NCBI GenBank assembly: GCA_963514005.1
Contig: OY740790.1
Coordinates: 51,522,001-51,586,000 of the forward strand
Source of the DNA: Raja brachyura
Lineage: Eukaryota
DNA length: 64,000 bases
Direction: 5' to 3'
The translations under genes were made by a program, and so were the position numbers. Shown here piece by piece: positions 44,153 through 56,059 of the stretch (position 1 is its first letter; every line of letters starts with the position of its first letter). A model generated the notes under the pieces. It was given only the letters and a program-made list of their open reading frames with translations, made no database searches and was not told where the DNA came from.

Positions 44153-45804
44153 GCCCTGCTTTTGTTTCTCATCAACTCAAGTTCAAACACAAGGTGAAAT
44201 CTCACAATGAGATTTGAAATCATTCATTTGGATACCCAAGGTCCACATGGTGAGGAATTGTTGCAGCAAATGAGAATCCACTCTCTTCAATAAGTGACCT
44301 GAAATTCATCTCCGAACTTACATTCCACCCGGTGACATTGGTACCTATGATTTTTTTTTGCTCACGCACTCTTACTCTTTTTTACCATTTTCTTCCCTTC
44401 GCAGCAAACAGAGAAAAGAAACTACACCTGCTGAATCCTAATACTCACGTTGCCAAGAAATGTTGTGGTGGATTCAGGAATTCTATAAACGCTAGGTTAA
44501 AATAGCCAACTGGCAGATCCTTGCATCTTAGCTCAGCTGAAGCTTTCATTCAGCAATTCAATTTAAATAAAAGCAACAAAAAAACATTTAACAAAAGTGT
44601 TACTTTATACAACACTGATTAGACTTCTAATATGTTGTGGTGGTGAAGTTTAAATGTGGGGAGACTGCTCTTGGTGCACAAAATAACAATTCTGATGACC
44701 TGGATCAGGATTTTGTTTCTTGAAGAAACTACTAACTCTGCACTTGCCATGGAGTGAATAGCTTGCATTTTGAGATTTCTAAACCTGGATGTGGTGATGA
44801 TTTCTTTCAAGTTAATCTGTGTGGTAAATGCAGGGCAAGATATCTTGCACTTTCACGGAGATTTATTTCACTCATCAGTACACTACTAAACAAAATACCC
44901 CAAGAGGAATGTACCTGCAAATCCCACTGACGTGTGCAATATTAATGTCAAAGCACCAGTCATGAAGAATCAGTCTTCTTGTACATTTTACACAGATGCT
45001 GATGTTAACCAAAATGTATTCCATTCTTTACTGAAGACCAATTAGGCCTGTCAACAGCTTCACCCCTGCAGAAAACTGCCAGCGTAGTAACTGAATGAGG
45101 ATCAGGAAAAATCGTGTAACATTTTAAGCACATTGAGAGACGTGTCTCTCATATTTGTGAGGTGTTACACGGAAAAGCACACAGCAGAATTTTATTATAC
45201 ACATTAAGATGATCTTTGAAATGCTAGGAATAGGTCACTTTTACCCCTTCACCCCCTCGCAGCTCCTTCCTCCAAGTAACCATGCACTATTCCTCAACTA
45301 CAAAATGCAGAAAACAGCTTGCTTCCAGGGGTCTTGGAATGTTTGGAACTATGCAGCAATGTTTTATGAGAGAAGGGCAACTTGTCTTAAGGGAAATATT
45401 AAGCTGTCTGCTCTCCTTCTTTTCCCCAGTGCATCCTTACTGAGAGGAAGGATAATCAGGAATTTGGGCATGGGTGGAATTGTCAACATGATTTTTTATC
45501 CCAAGGCTTTGAGGGAAAGTCTAATGGTTCACAAAACGTGACAGTGTTACCATGATATTCTATACCAAGCATAAATGGTTCCAACCAATTCTAATCCAAA
45601 TATAACAGTGTAATACATTTACTGCCTCCTTTCAAATTTGATTATTAAATCCCACTTGAAACAGAAGTGCCAGCTCCTGCACAAAATGAGGAATCCATGG
45701 ATGAGTAGCTACCTGTACAGATAAAAGGCTTGATGTTACAAAGCTGAGGGTGATGTTCAAAACAGGAATTTTGTGACTAGTGCCATGGGCATGAGTGATG
45801 AGCC

Positions 45805-46250
45805 AATTGTTATTTGTCATTTATATAAATGATTTGGGAAGTGTTGTAAACAATGAAGAAAGTTATCAAATATAATTAGGCCGAGAAATGGCAAATGTTG
45901 TTCAATTCAGATAAATGCAATATGTTGCATTTTGGGATGACAAACTAGGTTAGGTGATAGGTGTTAAAGGATTTTGGCACTTTGGCCTTCATAAGCCAGG
46001 GCATTGAGTGCAGGAGCTTAGACATTAAACTGCTGCTGTACAAGATGTTGGTGAAGCTACACTTATTGCATACAGCATTTGTAACCTTGCTATGGGAAAC
46101 ACTTTGTTAAACTGGTGAGTGCAAAGAAGATTCACAAGAACATTGCCAGGAAGAGGTTGGGAAGGCTACAACCTTACTCGTGGAGTGTAAGAGATTGAGG
46201 CATAAACGTACAAAATCCCAAGGGGCATGGATAAGGTGAGCGCACACAAT
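45805..46250 (+). mobile_element. Old, internally deleted CR1 RT remnant
   Basis: Degenerate LLFVIYINDL and AEKWQMLFNSDKCNMLHFG peptides with stops and frameshifts. Confidence 0.75.
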
Positions 46251-46763
46251 CTTGGTTGTGTATGGGGCTAACTGGATGATTCGAGTTGACACAGTCCCAA
46301 GAAGACAATTTTTTTGGAAAGTTGCAATGAAATGAAAATTGGGAAAGATGGTTAATGAGCGGAATTTATGATATCTGTCCTTTCACATGATCATCCAAAG
46401 GCAAAGTTACTCCCAGTGGATCATCGAAGCATGAAGCCATTCACACTCAGTGATCTCACCATTGATGACTATGATCAGCGATTCCTACAATTAAAATGTC
46501 AAATGTGGGGGAGGATACCAAAGAACGCGTCATAAACCCTGAAATAGGTTTATTGCCATGTCTGAGTTCCTATTAAATTAGTTAATACCCTATTTTCATA
46601 GATTGCTTCCAGCAGGCCTTTGAGTGTGTACCAGCTCTATGTAACAGCTATCTGGCTCTATTGCTGTGCAACTGATAAGTAATAAATGCCTAGAGATTAA
46701 TTCCTAGTCATTAGCACGAAACATGACCACATCTTTGCATTGTACTGATCTCTGAAATTTGTT

Positions 46764-46940
46764 CATAGAAATAGAAATTGTTCAAAACATAGAAAATAGG
46801 TGCAGGAGTAGGCCATTCGGCCTTTTGAGCCAGCACCTCCATTCACTATGATCATGGCCGATCGTCCAAAATCAGTACCCCTTTCCTGCTTTCTCTCCAT
46901 ATCCCTCGATTCTGTCAGCCCTAAGAGCTCTCTTAAATAC
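46764..46940 (-). mobile_element. CR1 3' UTR fragment
   Basis: AAACATAGAAAATAGGTGCAGGAGTAGGCCATTCGG tail on the + reading. Confidence 0.75.
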
Positions 46941-47606
46941 ATTGTAGTAGTATTGTACGATTCCATTGTAGTCTACTGACCAGCTGGGCAAATTAACTCG
47001 TTCGGTGGTGGATATAGTACTGAAATAGTACCAAATCTGTCAGTCAATGGAATTCCTCCCAGAAACAGTCCAATGTTACTCATTTCATGGTCCTCAATTC
47101 ATATTAATTGTGGATTTCTAACAAATTGCCATTCTCTCAGGTAAGTAACATAATCTGATGGGTAGTAATGAATTAAGGTGGAAGGCAATGGGGTAAGGAA
47201 CATAAACATCAGCACGGTCAAGAAGGGCCGAATGGCTCACTTCTGAACCGCGCATTCGACTTAAATCAAAATCTCGCTCACTCAAAAGCTCATGTGGAAC
47301 AAAAACAATGATTTGGGTCTGTGGGGCAAAAAGCTGTAACTACTCTGCAAGGGGCTGGAGGTAACTTGAGGAAAAGCACACACGGCCTTATATTCTCAGA
47401 TTCATTCTTATCATCTTTACTCTCTTTAATTAGGCTTAAAGGGGACACAGTTCTAAGAGCTACCATCTCAAACACCTGTTTGTGGGTCAGCATGAGTCCG
47501 GAGTGAAAAAGGAGGGAAATGGAGTGTTGAGCTGACAGCTGCCAAAGCTCTTTCTGCAGTGGGGTGCTGGCAATGAGAATGTCCACCGCAGTTTCATTTT
47601 CTGCTC

Positions 47607-47920
47607 AGTTTAGTTCAGAGATACAGCAGGGAAACGGCCCTTCGGCCCACCGAGGCCGCGCCGACCAGCGATCCCTTCATATTAACACTATCCTACGCAC
47701 ACACCAGGGACAATTTTTACATTTACCAAGCCAATTTATCTATCAAACCTGTACTTCTTTGGAGTGTGGGGAGAAACTGAAGATCTCGGAGAAAACTCAT
47801 GCGGTCTCGAGGAGAACGTACAAACTCTGTACACACAGCACCCGTGGTCGGGTTCGTACCCGGGTCTCCGGCGCTGCAAGCGCTGTAAGGCAGTAACTCT
47901 ACCACTGCGCCACCGTGCCT
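47607..47920 (-). mobile_element. HE1-type SINE (variant with duplicated CAGCGC in head)
   Basis: TTACAGCGCTTGCAGCGCCGGAGACCCGG head; V-domain variant CTCCGAGATCTTCAGTTTC. Confidence 0.85.
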
Positions 47921-48728
47921 CCCTTAAACATAGTGGACAGCCTAGGATTGAGCAGATTCCCCGAGAAACATCCAGACCAATTACCTTCCTGAAAGAATGA
48001 ATTATCAAAAGCTGCGCGAGTTTGTTGAGGAATAATCTGGAGCTAATTCCCATTAAAGTTATCAGTGGGCAATAAAGCCCCATTTGCTACATTGTACCAG
48101 AGTCCTGGATTGAGTAACAGCGTGCCCCTTTTGGATATATGACTTTGAGCACCTTACATGCACCTCTCTTTTACTGGGGTACAGAAATCATGAATTTGTT
48201 AGGAAAAATTACACAAATGCCACAGTGCTCTGGCAAATGGCAACTCATAGATGAGCTTTCATTTTAAAGTTACACATCTATTTTAATTGGTGATTAAAAA
48301 CAAGCGTGTCTCTGTCATACAGCAGCATGCAGAAAAAAAATGACATGCCCTGCGCTCGGGCTTTTCTTCCAATCGCATGGCGTACGTGGCAAAGGCCACC
48401 TTCAAAGTGTTGTGGGTAGGATTAGCTGGATTAGGGCTCCACTGAAAAGACCCATGCTGCTTTGGAGGAAGTCTCACTGTGGACTAGTTGAAAGAGACTT
48501 TTTTTTATACCTGTCCAAGCTACTCCTGCCTTCTATTATAAGAGGGAAGGGGGAGGGGAGAGGGAGACACAAGCCCCAGAGGCTCATAAGTGCTCTCCAG
48601 CCAAGGGCTGTCACAACATGTATTGGCCAGAATGTTTTCTTTGTTTTACATCATTGTTCAGTCAGGACTTTTCCCAGCACCACCTTCTACGTTTGTTAGG
48701 GGGTCTAATGTTATGGTAGCAGGAGTCG

Positions 48729-48999
48729 CGGGGGGGGGGGGGGGGGGGGGGGGGGACAGAATGGCGGGGAGGGGTGGGGGGGAGGGAGAATAACACTGGG
48801 AGAAGAGAGAGAGAGAGAGTGGGAGAGAGAGAGGGGGGAGAGAGAGCGGAAGAGGGAGAGAGAGAGAAAGAGAGAGAGAGAGAGAAAGGAAGGGGGAGAG
48901 AGGGTGAGGGGGGAGTGAGAGCGGAAGAGAGAGAGAGAGAGAAAGGAGGAGAGAGGGTGAGGGGAGAGAGAGAGCGGAAGAGAGAGGGTGGGAGAGGGA

Positions 49000-49054
<55 letters not shown>

Positions 49055-49059
49055 AGGGG
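48729..49059 (+). repeat. Poly-G plus (GA)-rich polypurine tract abutting an assembly gap
   Basis: Direct reading. Confidence 0.95.
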
Positions 49060-49216
49060 NNNNNNNNNNNNNNNNNNNNNNNNNNNNNNNNNNNNNNNNN
49101 NNNNNNNNNNNNNNNNNNNNNNNNNNNNNNNNNNNNNNNNNNNNNNNNNNNNNNNNNNNNNNNNNNNNNNNNNNNNNNNNNNNNNNNNNNNNNNNNNNNN
49201 NNNNNNNNNNNNNNNN
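49060..49216. other. Assembly gap (157 N)
   Basis: Run of N. Confidence 1.
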
Positions 49217-50933
49217 TGAAAATAAATCTTTCCATTGCCTGAATCGAGTAGCAGATGTGTGCTCCACCCCAGGCCCAATAGGCTGGGCTCATCAAGCCTC
49301 CAGTGAATGAATGCAAGGCTTTGTCACCACCATGAATGTCCGTCAGAGATGTTCTGTAACAAACAGGGGGAGAAAAAGAATTCTCTACAACAAAAGCAAG
49401 AGACCAAAGCCCCCACATAAAAAAAAATAAACCAAAGAAAGTGGGTGGAGAAGAGAAGGCCGGGGCTGGGGAATGTGGGGGAGGGGGAGAGGTATTGATT
49501 ATATTGAAAATAATTAAGATCTTTGTAAAATTAGGAAGGGGGACAAAGTTGAGTGATTAAGGGTGCGGGCAAGTGCTGCGATCCTGGTTGTTTTACGAGC
49601 CAGAGCACCGATTGCAGTCTGCCTTTAGCCGGTTCACACTTAGATTCGGAAACCAAAGACCCTAGCTGGGTTGAGGACAGTGTGACCCAAAGAGGTACAG
49701 CTGGGAACTATTGAGCCCTGCGATTCCTGTCAGCCTTGACATAAATTTCCACTGGTGCTGGCATTTATGCAGTTGGCATTTCCATATGTATAGGCTTGCC
49801 TGTACTAATTATGCTAATCATCTCCTCTGTTGGCTTCTGTGAAAAATGGCCACATTAAGCACTCCACTGCCTGTTAATGCGGCTTAATGTGTGGCTGAGA
49901 TATACATTCATCCAGCTCTGAAAGGCAAAATCTTTCCACATTGCTGACTTCATTCATGGAAAAAAATGAATTTGTTGAACTCAGTTCGGTCCTCCGCACT
50001 AAGGCAAGTGAAATGTTGCCTAAAATAAAACGTTACTGTTGATTTTTCTCTCCCATTATCTTTATTTAGAATCTACTCCAATAACCAAGGAAATATAATA
50101 CACCTTACAGGCTTCAAGCAGCCAAGGTTGTGCATTATGTAGGAAAGCTCCATATAACCCCCACCCTCCCCCCCCCCCCCCCACCCTATATCTGTGTCAG
50201 GTAAACTTACACCTTCCCGCAGTCAGACTAGGCCTTGCTTGAAGTGTGTCCTTCTTTCTAAACCCTTCCCGATCGGTACAAAAATTGTTCAGTCTTAAAA
50301 CAAATGCAGTGGAGAGTTAATCAGTCCACATTCGTAGCGTTTAGTTTGCTGGGGTGAAGAATTCTTTCAGAAGGCACCCGCCTGAAAATAAAAGCTTCCA
50401 TGAAAAGCAAAATGCCCTGAACACAAATCGGACGGATACAACCGGTGTATCAATCTATCGGCTTGCAAATCTCTCTCACTGAGAAAGTCTGGGGCAGATG
50501 TGGGAAGCAATCACCCTGCTTCTGGATGGCTAAGGTCGGTGCTGCTGAGAATGGGAGGTGGGGGGGGGGGGAGGTGTGAAGGGAGGGATAAGTCATAAAA
50601 TCCAAGCAATAACAAAGTTGTCTTCCCACCCATACACACACACACACACACATTCTGGCGGACAACAATCTCAGTTAGGAGGCAACAGCTGACCTCAGGC
50701 AGAACAACAGGCGGTACCTTCCCAAATTATACCACACTGTCCAGCCCTCATCAGTGAATGGGAATCCTCCTGAAGAGTCAAAAACACTGACACCATCTTG
50801 TGGACTGGGTCACGGAAACCCAACAGTTTCGGATCACTCTGGCCCCCAGTTTCAAAATTAATGCACTCATGCTCTCCTATTCAACTCACTCATATCTCCA
50901 ACCGGGTCAATCTAGCTCAAGCTGGTCTTATGG

Positions 50934-51346
50934 AGGAAGGAACTGCCGATGCTGGTTTAAACTGAAGATGGACACAAAATGCTGGAGTAACTCAGCGGGA
51001 CAGGCTGCATTTCCGGAGTGAAGGAATGGGTGACGTTTTGAGTCGAGACCCTTCTTCAGACTGATGTCGGGGAGAGGGAGATACATGGATAAGGAAGTGT
51101 AGGGTGTGAAAGCGGGACAAAGTGGATGGAGATCAAGGAAAATGTGGGATACATCATTGTAAACTGGGAAAAGGTAACAACAAACAGAGATAAAATATAG
51201 TCGGAGACAGTGAACCTGGTCGGAGAACTGGGAAGGGGGAGGGATGGAGAGAGAGGGAAAGCAAGGGTCACTTGAAGTTAGAGAAGTCAATGTTCATACC
51301 GCTGAGGTGTAAGCTGGCCAAGCAAAATATGAGGTGTCGTACCTCC
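50934..51346 (-). mobile_element. Penelope-like element 3' end: ORF C-terminus + 3' UTR + hammerhead-bearing terminal repeat
   Basis: 51345-51268 translates EVRHLIFCLASLHLSGMNIDFSNFK*, resembling the E..(L/W)I..L.(T/S)L.P.G(L/M)N end of PLE GIY-YIG domains; then pyrimidine-rich UTR and CTGAAGAAGGGTCTCGACTCAAAACGTC. Confidence 0.75.
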
Positions 51347-51542
51347 AAAGCAGGTCTTTTTTGGATCACCTTTTGTTACCAACTCGGCCTTTATACAGGT
51401 TGCCAAAATACTGATAATCTAAACCTCCACGTACCTTTTATAATCTATTGATATCCCGAGCCGAGAAAGTTGTATCAAGGTATTAATTCCATGTTTCAGA
51501 GGACAAGAATTTGTTTTTTTTGTTAGAATGTGGAATTTTATT

Positions 51543-51852
51543 TTGGTTTAGGTTTATTATTGTCATGTCTACCGAGGTACAGTGAAAAATGTTGTTTTGC
51601 AAGCTATCCAATCAGATTAGATAATACTGTACATAAATACAATCAAGTCAAACTCAAACACAATGCATAGAGCAAAGGGGAAGATGCAGAGTGCAGACTA
51701 TAGTTTTCAGCATCATAGTACATCAGTTCCCTAGACAAAGTCCATGTCCACAGTAGGGTAGAGGTGAATCAAACAGTACCCTGGCTTAAGGAAGGACCAT
51801 TAGGAAGCTTGATATCAGAGGGAAAGAAGCTATCCCTGAGTCTGGTGGCACA
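51543..51852 (-). mobile_element. Rex1/Babar-like 3' end
   Basis: TRLRDSFFPSDIKL C-terminal peptide, then TTTTCACTGTACCTCGGTA..ATGACAATAA and an (AAAC)-type tail. Confidence 0.7.
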
Positions 51853-51927
51853 CCATGGTAATAATTGTTATGAATACCCTATAGGTATTCCATCTTCACA
51901 TCTTCACATTTGATTACAAAATAAAAG

Positions 51928-52190
51928 AGGCCATTTCAGCCCACTAAGGCAATCCTATTCCCCACTGATTTTGTTCCATGGTCCCATCAACTTTCCCACG
52001 ATCCTTCCACTCAGCTACACACTCGGGGCAATTTACAGCAGCCAATTAGCCTTTGGGATATGAGAGGAAACTGAAGCATCTGGGAGAAACCCATACTATC
52101 CCTGGGAGGACATCCGAACCCCGCATTGACCAGCACTGGAGGTCAGGGTCGTATGAGGCAGCAGCTCTCTACCAGTCGTGCCACTGTGCT
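51928..52190 (-). mobile_element. Diverged HE1-like SINE
   Basis: GCACAGTGGCAC..TGGTAGAGAGCTGCTGCCTCA head, degenerate V-domain. Confidence 0.6.
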
Positions 52191-53011
52191 GATCTTAAAG
52201 CTGAAATGCATCACTCACTCCTTGAACAAGTAACACTCTTCACCAATAAATGCAATCAAACTGGCTAAAATATCTCATTATATATATATTTAATCTGTAT
52301 TAACACCAATTATTAATGGCATCTCTTTTGAAGAATGGGCACATGAACAACCTCGATAAAGATCAATAGTACTAAATGTCTTCACATTTAATTTTTTTTT
52401 AAACTTGATTGCCAAATTGATAACTGCTGTGACTCGGATGACATTTGAGTTTGGGTCTTAATTAATCAACAGGACCATGTCACTTACTGGTATCCTTTTA
52501 CTGTAATGCCTACCAACAAGAATTTCTAGGTGTTCCCTTCTAAGCAGAATGACCCATATCACCACTGGCACCAGTCACTTTCTGAGCACACAAAGGAATC
52601 ACTCCCTTGAAACCCCTCACTGCACCTCTATCTGGAGCCTCAAGGCTGTTACTTCTTTTGTTTATACTTACTGCTACTAAGGTATGCAGTTCTGCAGCAA
52701 TGGTTTATTTGTGTAGCTGGTGCCCCACAGTTCATGGGCCATGGCTACAGCCTGTGTTAATAATACCAGCATGAATTATGCTTCCTGGTTGACTTGTTAG
52801 AGGGACCCATGTCTGCCTGTACCTTTACTTCAATTTGAAAGTTAGAAGCAACCCGACTGTGGTGGCACAGTGTAGTGGTTGCTCCGACTTACTGTGGCGG
52901 CGGGAGTTCGATGGAGGCTCAGACACAAACATAACCTCCCGTCCCTTTTGCTGGTTAACTTGTGGAGTTAACCAGCAAAACCCCAAAGAAAAATGAAAGA
53001 GAAGCAGTTAC

Positions 53012-53740
53012 ATCATAAGATCGTAAGAGATAGGAGTAGAACTAAGGCCCATTCGGCCCATCAGGTCTACTCCACCATTCAATCATGGCTGATCTACCTC
53101 TCCCTCCTAACCCCATTCTCCTGCCTTCTCCACATAACGTCTGACAGACCGTCACGAGATTTCGCGTTGCTTTGAAAAAGACGGAACCGAAGTAAAACCC
53201 TCAACCTCTTACACAGGAAATAGTCTGAGATGAGATTGGAGGTAAGGATTCCTCACCGCCCTCCTTCTTAGTTCACAAGTTATAGGAGCAGAATTCGGAC
53301 AATTGGCCCATTAAGTCTACTCCGCCACTTAATCATGGATTCTTCCCTCGCCCCCCCCCCCCCTTTGAACCAAGCATTTGCAATCCCTGTTCTGAATTTG
53401 GCATATTGATATGCCATCGATACAATGGTGGGGATCTACATTACCAAGAGCGCAAGAGTCTTTTACCCAGGGTAGGGAATTCAAAAAAAGAGGACATATG
53501 TTCAAAGTGAGAGGGACAAGATTTACTACAAACCTGAGGGACAACTTTTTAACTCAGAGAGTGGTGGGTACACAGAAGGAGTTGCCAGAGGAGGTAGTTG
53601 AGAGAGATACTATAACAACATGTAAAATAAACTTAGACAGGTACATGGAAAGGAAAGGTTCGGAGGGATATTGGGCAAATGGAACTAGTGCAGATAGGGC
53701 ATCTTGGACATGTTGGGCCAAAGGCCTGTTTCCATGCTAA
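53012..53740. mobile_element. Cluster of CR1 3' fragments (53012-53145 -, 53270-53338 -, 53445-53740 +)
   Basis: KRGHMFKVRG.RF..NLRDNFLTQRVV peptide and CR1 3' UTR motifs. Confidence 0.75.
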
Positions 53741-54775
53741 ATGGAGATTCTATGGGCATGGTCCACAGATTTGACAGGCACCCTTAAACTCAATAAACAA
53801 AATTCTGTGACTGGCCCTATTATCAAAGGTCAATGGGGTTAGTGTTATAAATGGAAGGGGAGGGAGTTGTTGGAGGGGTGGAGTGGTGGTAACGCTGGCA
53901 AGTATCTGCACAAACTAACTATTTATCTACTTCCAGTTTCCAGAGCAGAAGGCAACAAAGTCCCTGCTTGCATGAGTCGGCAGGAAGGCTCTCCATCTCC
54001 CTCTACCTTTCATTTCATCTAAATGAGGCCCTTTCCCGTTGATACTGGAATCTTCAGTGGTGGTCAAGTCTGGAGAGGCGGGGTTGGAAATTCACAGTCC
54101 TGATTCTGTACCCTAGGGCAGGCCCCATATGGTACAGAGGCAAGAAGTAAAAGTGGGGACGTTTTGTACACTGCTTCACAATCTCTGTTTGTTTCCATTA
54201 GAAAGTGAAAACTTTAGGGTTAAATTCAAACTCAACTGCATAATCTATTTGTGGACAAAAAGGTGCTGATATACTAATAAGCATGGCCGGAAAATGGAAT
54301 AATGACGGTTCATTTTTTAGAGGTGCTGCCACACCGTCCTGGCGCCTATTATTGCCCCAAAAAAAGACAGACCCAGGCCGACAATTTAGTGTTGTACTGA
54401 GTATATGCAGTCCTGCTCTAATGTGCAGTCCTTTGAGTAAGACGATATGTCACAGTGTATCTCTGTGTCAAGGTGAAGAGAAAAGACTTTCGGGGAGGTA
54501 CTCTCTCGGGGGCCTGGTCAGCATTCAGTCCTCAATCAAAACAGATTAGCCGACTACACCCTCATTAATTATTTCTGGGATCATGCCGTGCCGTGCTGAG
54601 ATTAGCTTATGGATAGCACGAAAAACTGAAGCTTTTCCCTCTACGTTGGTACAGGTGACAATAAACCAAACTAAACTAAACTAGCTGCCACATTTGCCTA
54701 ATAACCAAAGACAGACCGAAAAGAGCTGGAGTAACTCAGCGGGACAGGCAGCGTCTCCGGAAAGAAGGAATGGGC

Positions 54776-54803
54776 GACGTTTCGGGTCGAGACCCTTCTT
54801 CAG
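54776..54803 (-). ncRNA. Minimal type I hammerhead ribozyme motif (PLE-associated), core intact
   Basis: CUGAAGA-A-GGGUC(UC)GACCC-GAAAC-GUC: both conserved boxes, 5-bp helix II, GUC cleavage triplet. Helices I and III are very short, so activity is untested. Confidence 0.65.
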
Positions 54804-55037
54804 ACAACTGGTCACACTTCATGTGAACAGGTTATTAATTTCCTGATGGAGAATGGAGATAAATTAATGTATGGTTCTTTCCTGGTTTAGTTCAGTCCCT
54901 CAGCTGCAACTCTCACCCTCAATGAAGTATGAACTAGACCCAGCGTGCAGAATAAGTCTTCTGAAATGTCAGGTGAGCACAATATGGAGAAATGTAGCTG
55001 ATCTCTTTGATCATTGGTGATAAACCAAAACAAGGAT

Positions 55038-55276
55038 GTCGCAGTGGTGCAGCGGTCCAGTTGCTGCCTTACAGCACCTAACAGAGACACGGATTCAACC
55101 CTGACTACGGGGGCTGTCAGTGCGGAGTTTGTTCGTTCTCCCTGTGACCGCGTGGGTTAATTGGCTTGGGTAAAAAAGTATGAATTGTCCCTAGTGTGTA
55201 GGATAGTGCTAGTGTACGCTGGTCAGTGCGGACTCGGTGTGCCAAAGCGCCTGTTTCCACACTGTATCTCCAAAGT
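55038..55276 (+). mobile_element. HE1-type SINE with internal deletion of the V-domain
   Basis: Head and tail present; GCGTGGG joined directly to TTAATTGGC. Confidence 0.8.
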
Positions 55277-55699
55277 CAAGATTACGTCCAAGCAGCATCA
55301 GTGCATCGTATTCTGGATTTTCCATAGGCTAGCTCCCCTGAAGTTAATGCAGCATAGTTTCAGAAGGGATGGAAAGGACTGCTGCTACATTGTGGATTTA
55401 ACGCAGCTGATTGAGGGTAAATTTCACCCAAGACCCCATGGGATGAGACAGTTAAAGTTCTTGGTTATGTTTCTGATTTGTAGAGATGTAGTAAATAAAA
55501 TCTTCTGCCACTGCTACTTCCCTTTCACTCTTCATAATGACCTTTAGGCAGAGTAGGGTTCAAGAATAAACAGAACACGTCCCTGTCACCTGCAACATAT
55601 CATATAATTTGTGGCCATCACTAATGTGATTTATCGTTACAAATTTCAATTCACTTACAGGGTCATATTTTTTAACGAAAGCTATGATCTGGATTTGGT

Positions 55700-55852
55700 T
55701 GTAGTCTACATCCTTTTCGGCACCTTTTCCAACTTAATCCCATCTTTCGTATAGCAAGATTACCAGAAACTCCATATAATACTCCAAATGTGCTTTTACC
55801 AGCATCTTGTACAGCTGTAGTATTAGATTCCTCAACTCCTGTCTTCCATACC
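55700..55852 (-). mobile_element. Old CR1 ORF2 fragment
   Basis: Degenerate LYKMLVKAHLEY peptide on the minus strand. Confidence 0.6.
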
Positions 55853-56059
55853 CTTACCCTTATGTGCTGCAAGTTTCATTTTTGTTTTGCTGTTACATCA
55901 AATTCACCTTTTGCCCAAGTGGACCAATGCAGAATGGAAGATAGACACAAAATGCTGGAGTAACTCTGCGGGACAGGCAGCATCTCTGGAGAGAGAGGAA
56001 TGAGAGATGTTTCGGGACAAGACCCTTCTTCAGAATGGAGATCCAACGAGATCGGAATC

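Noticed and set aside
48658-49418. Long ORFs (201-235 aa) of SL/ER repeats
   Set aside because: Products of the (GA)n tract and N gap
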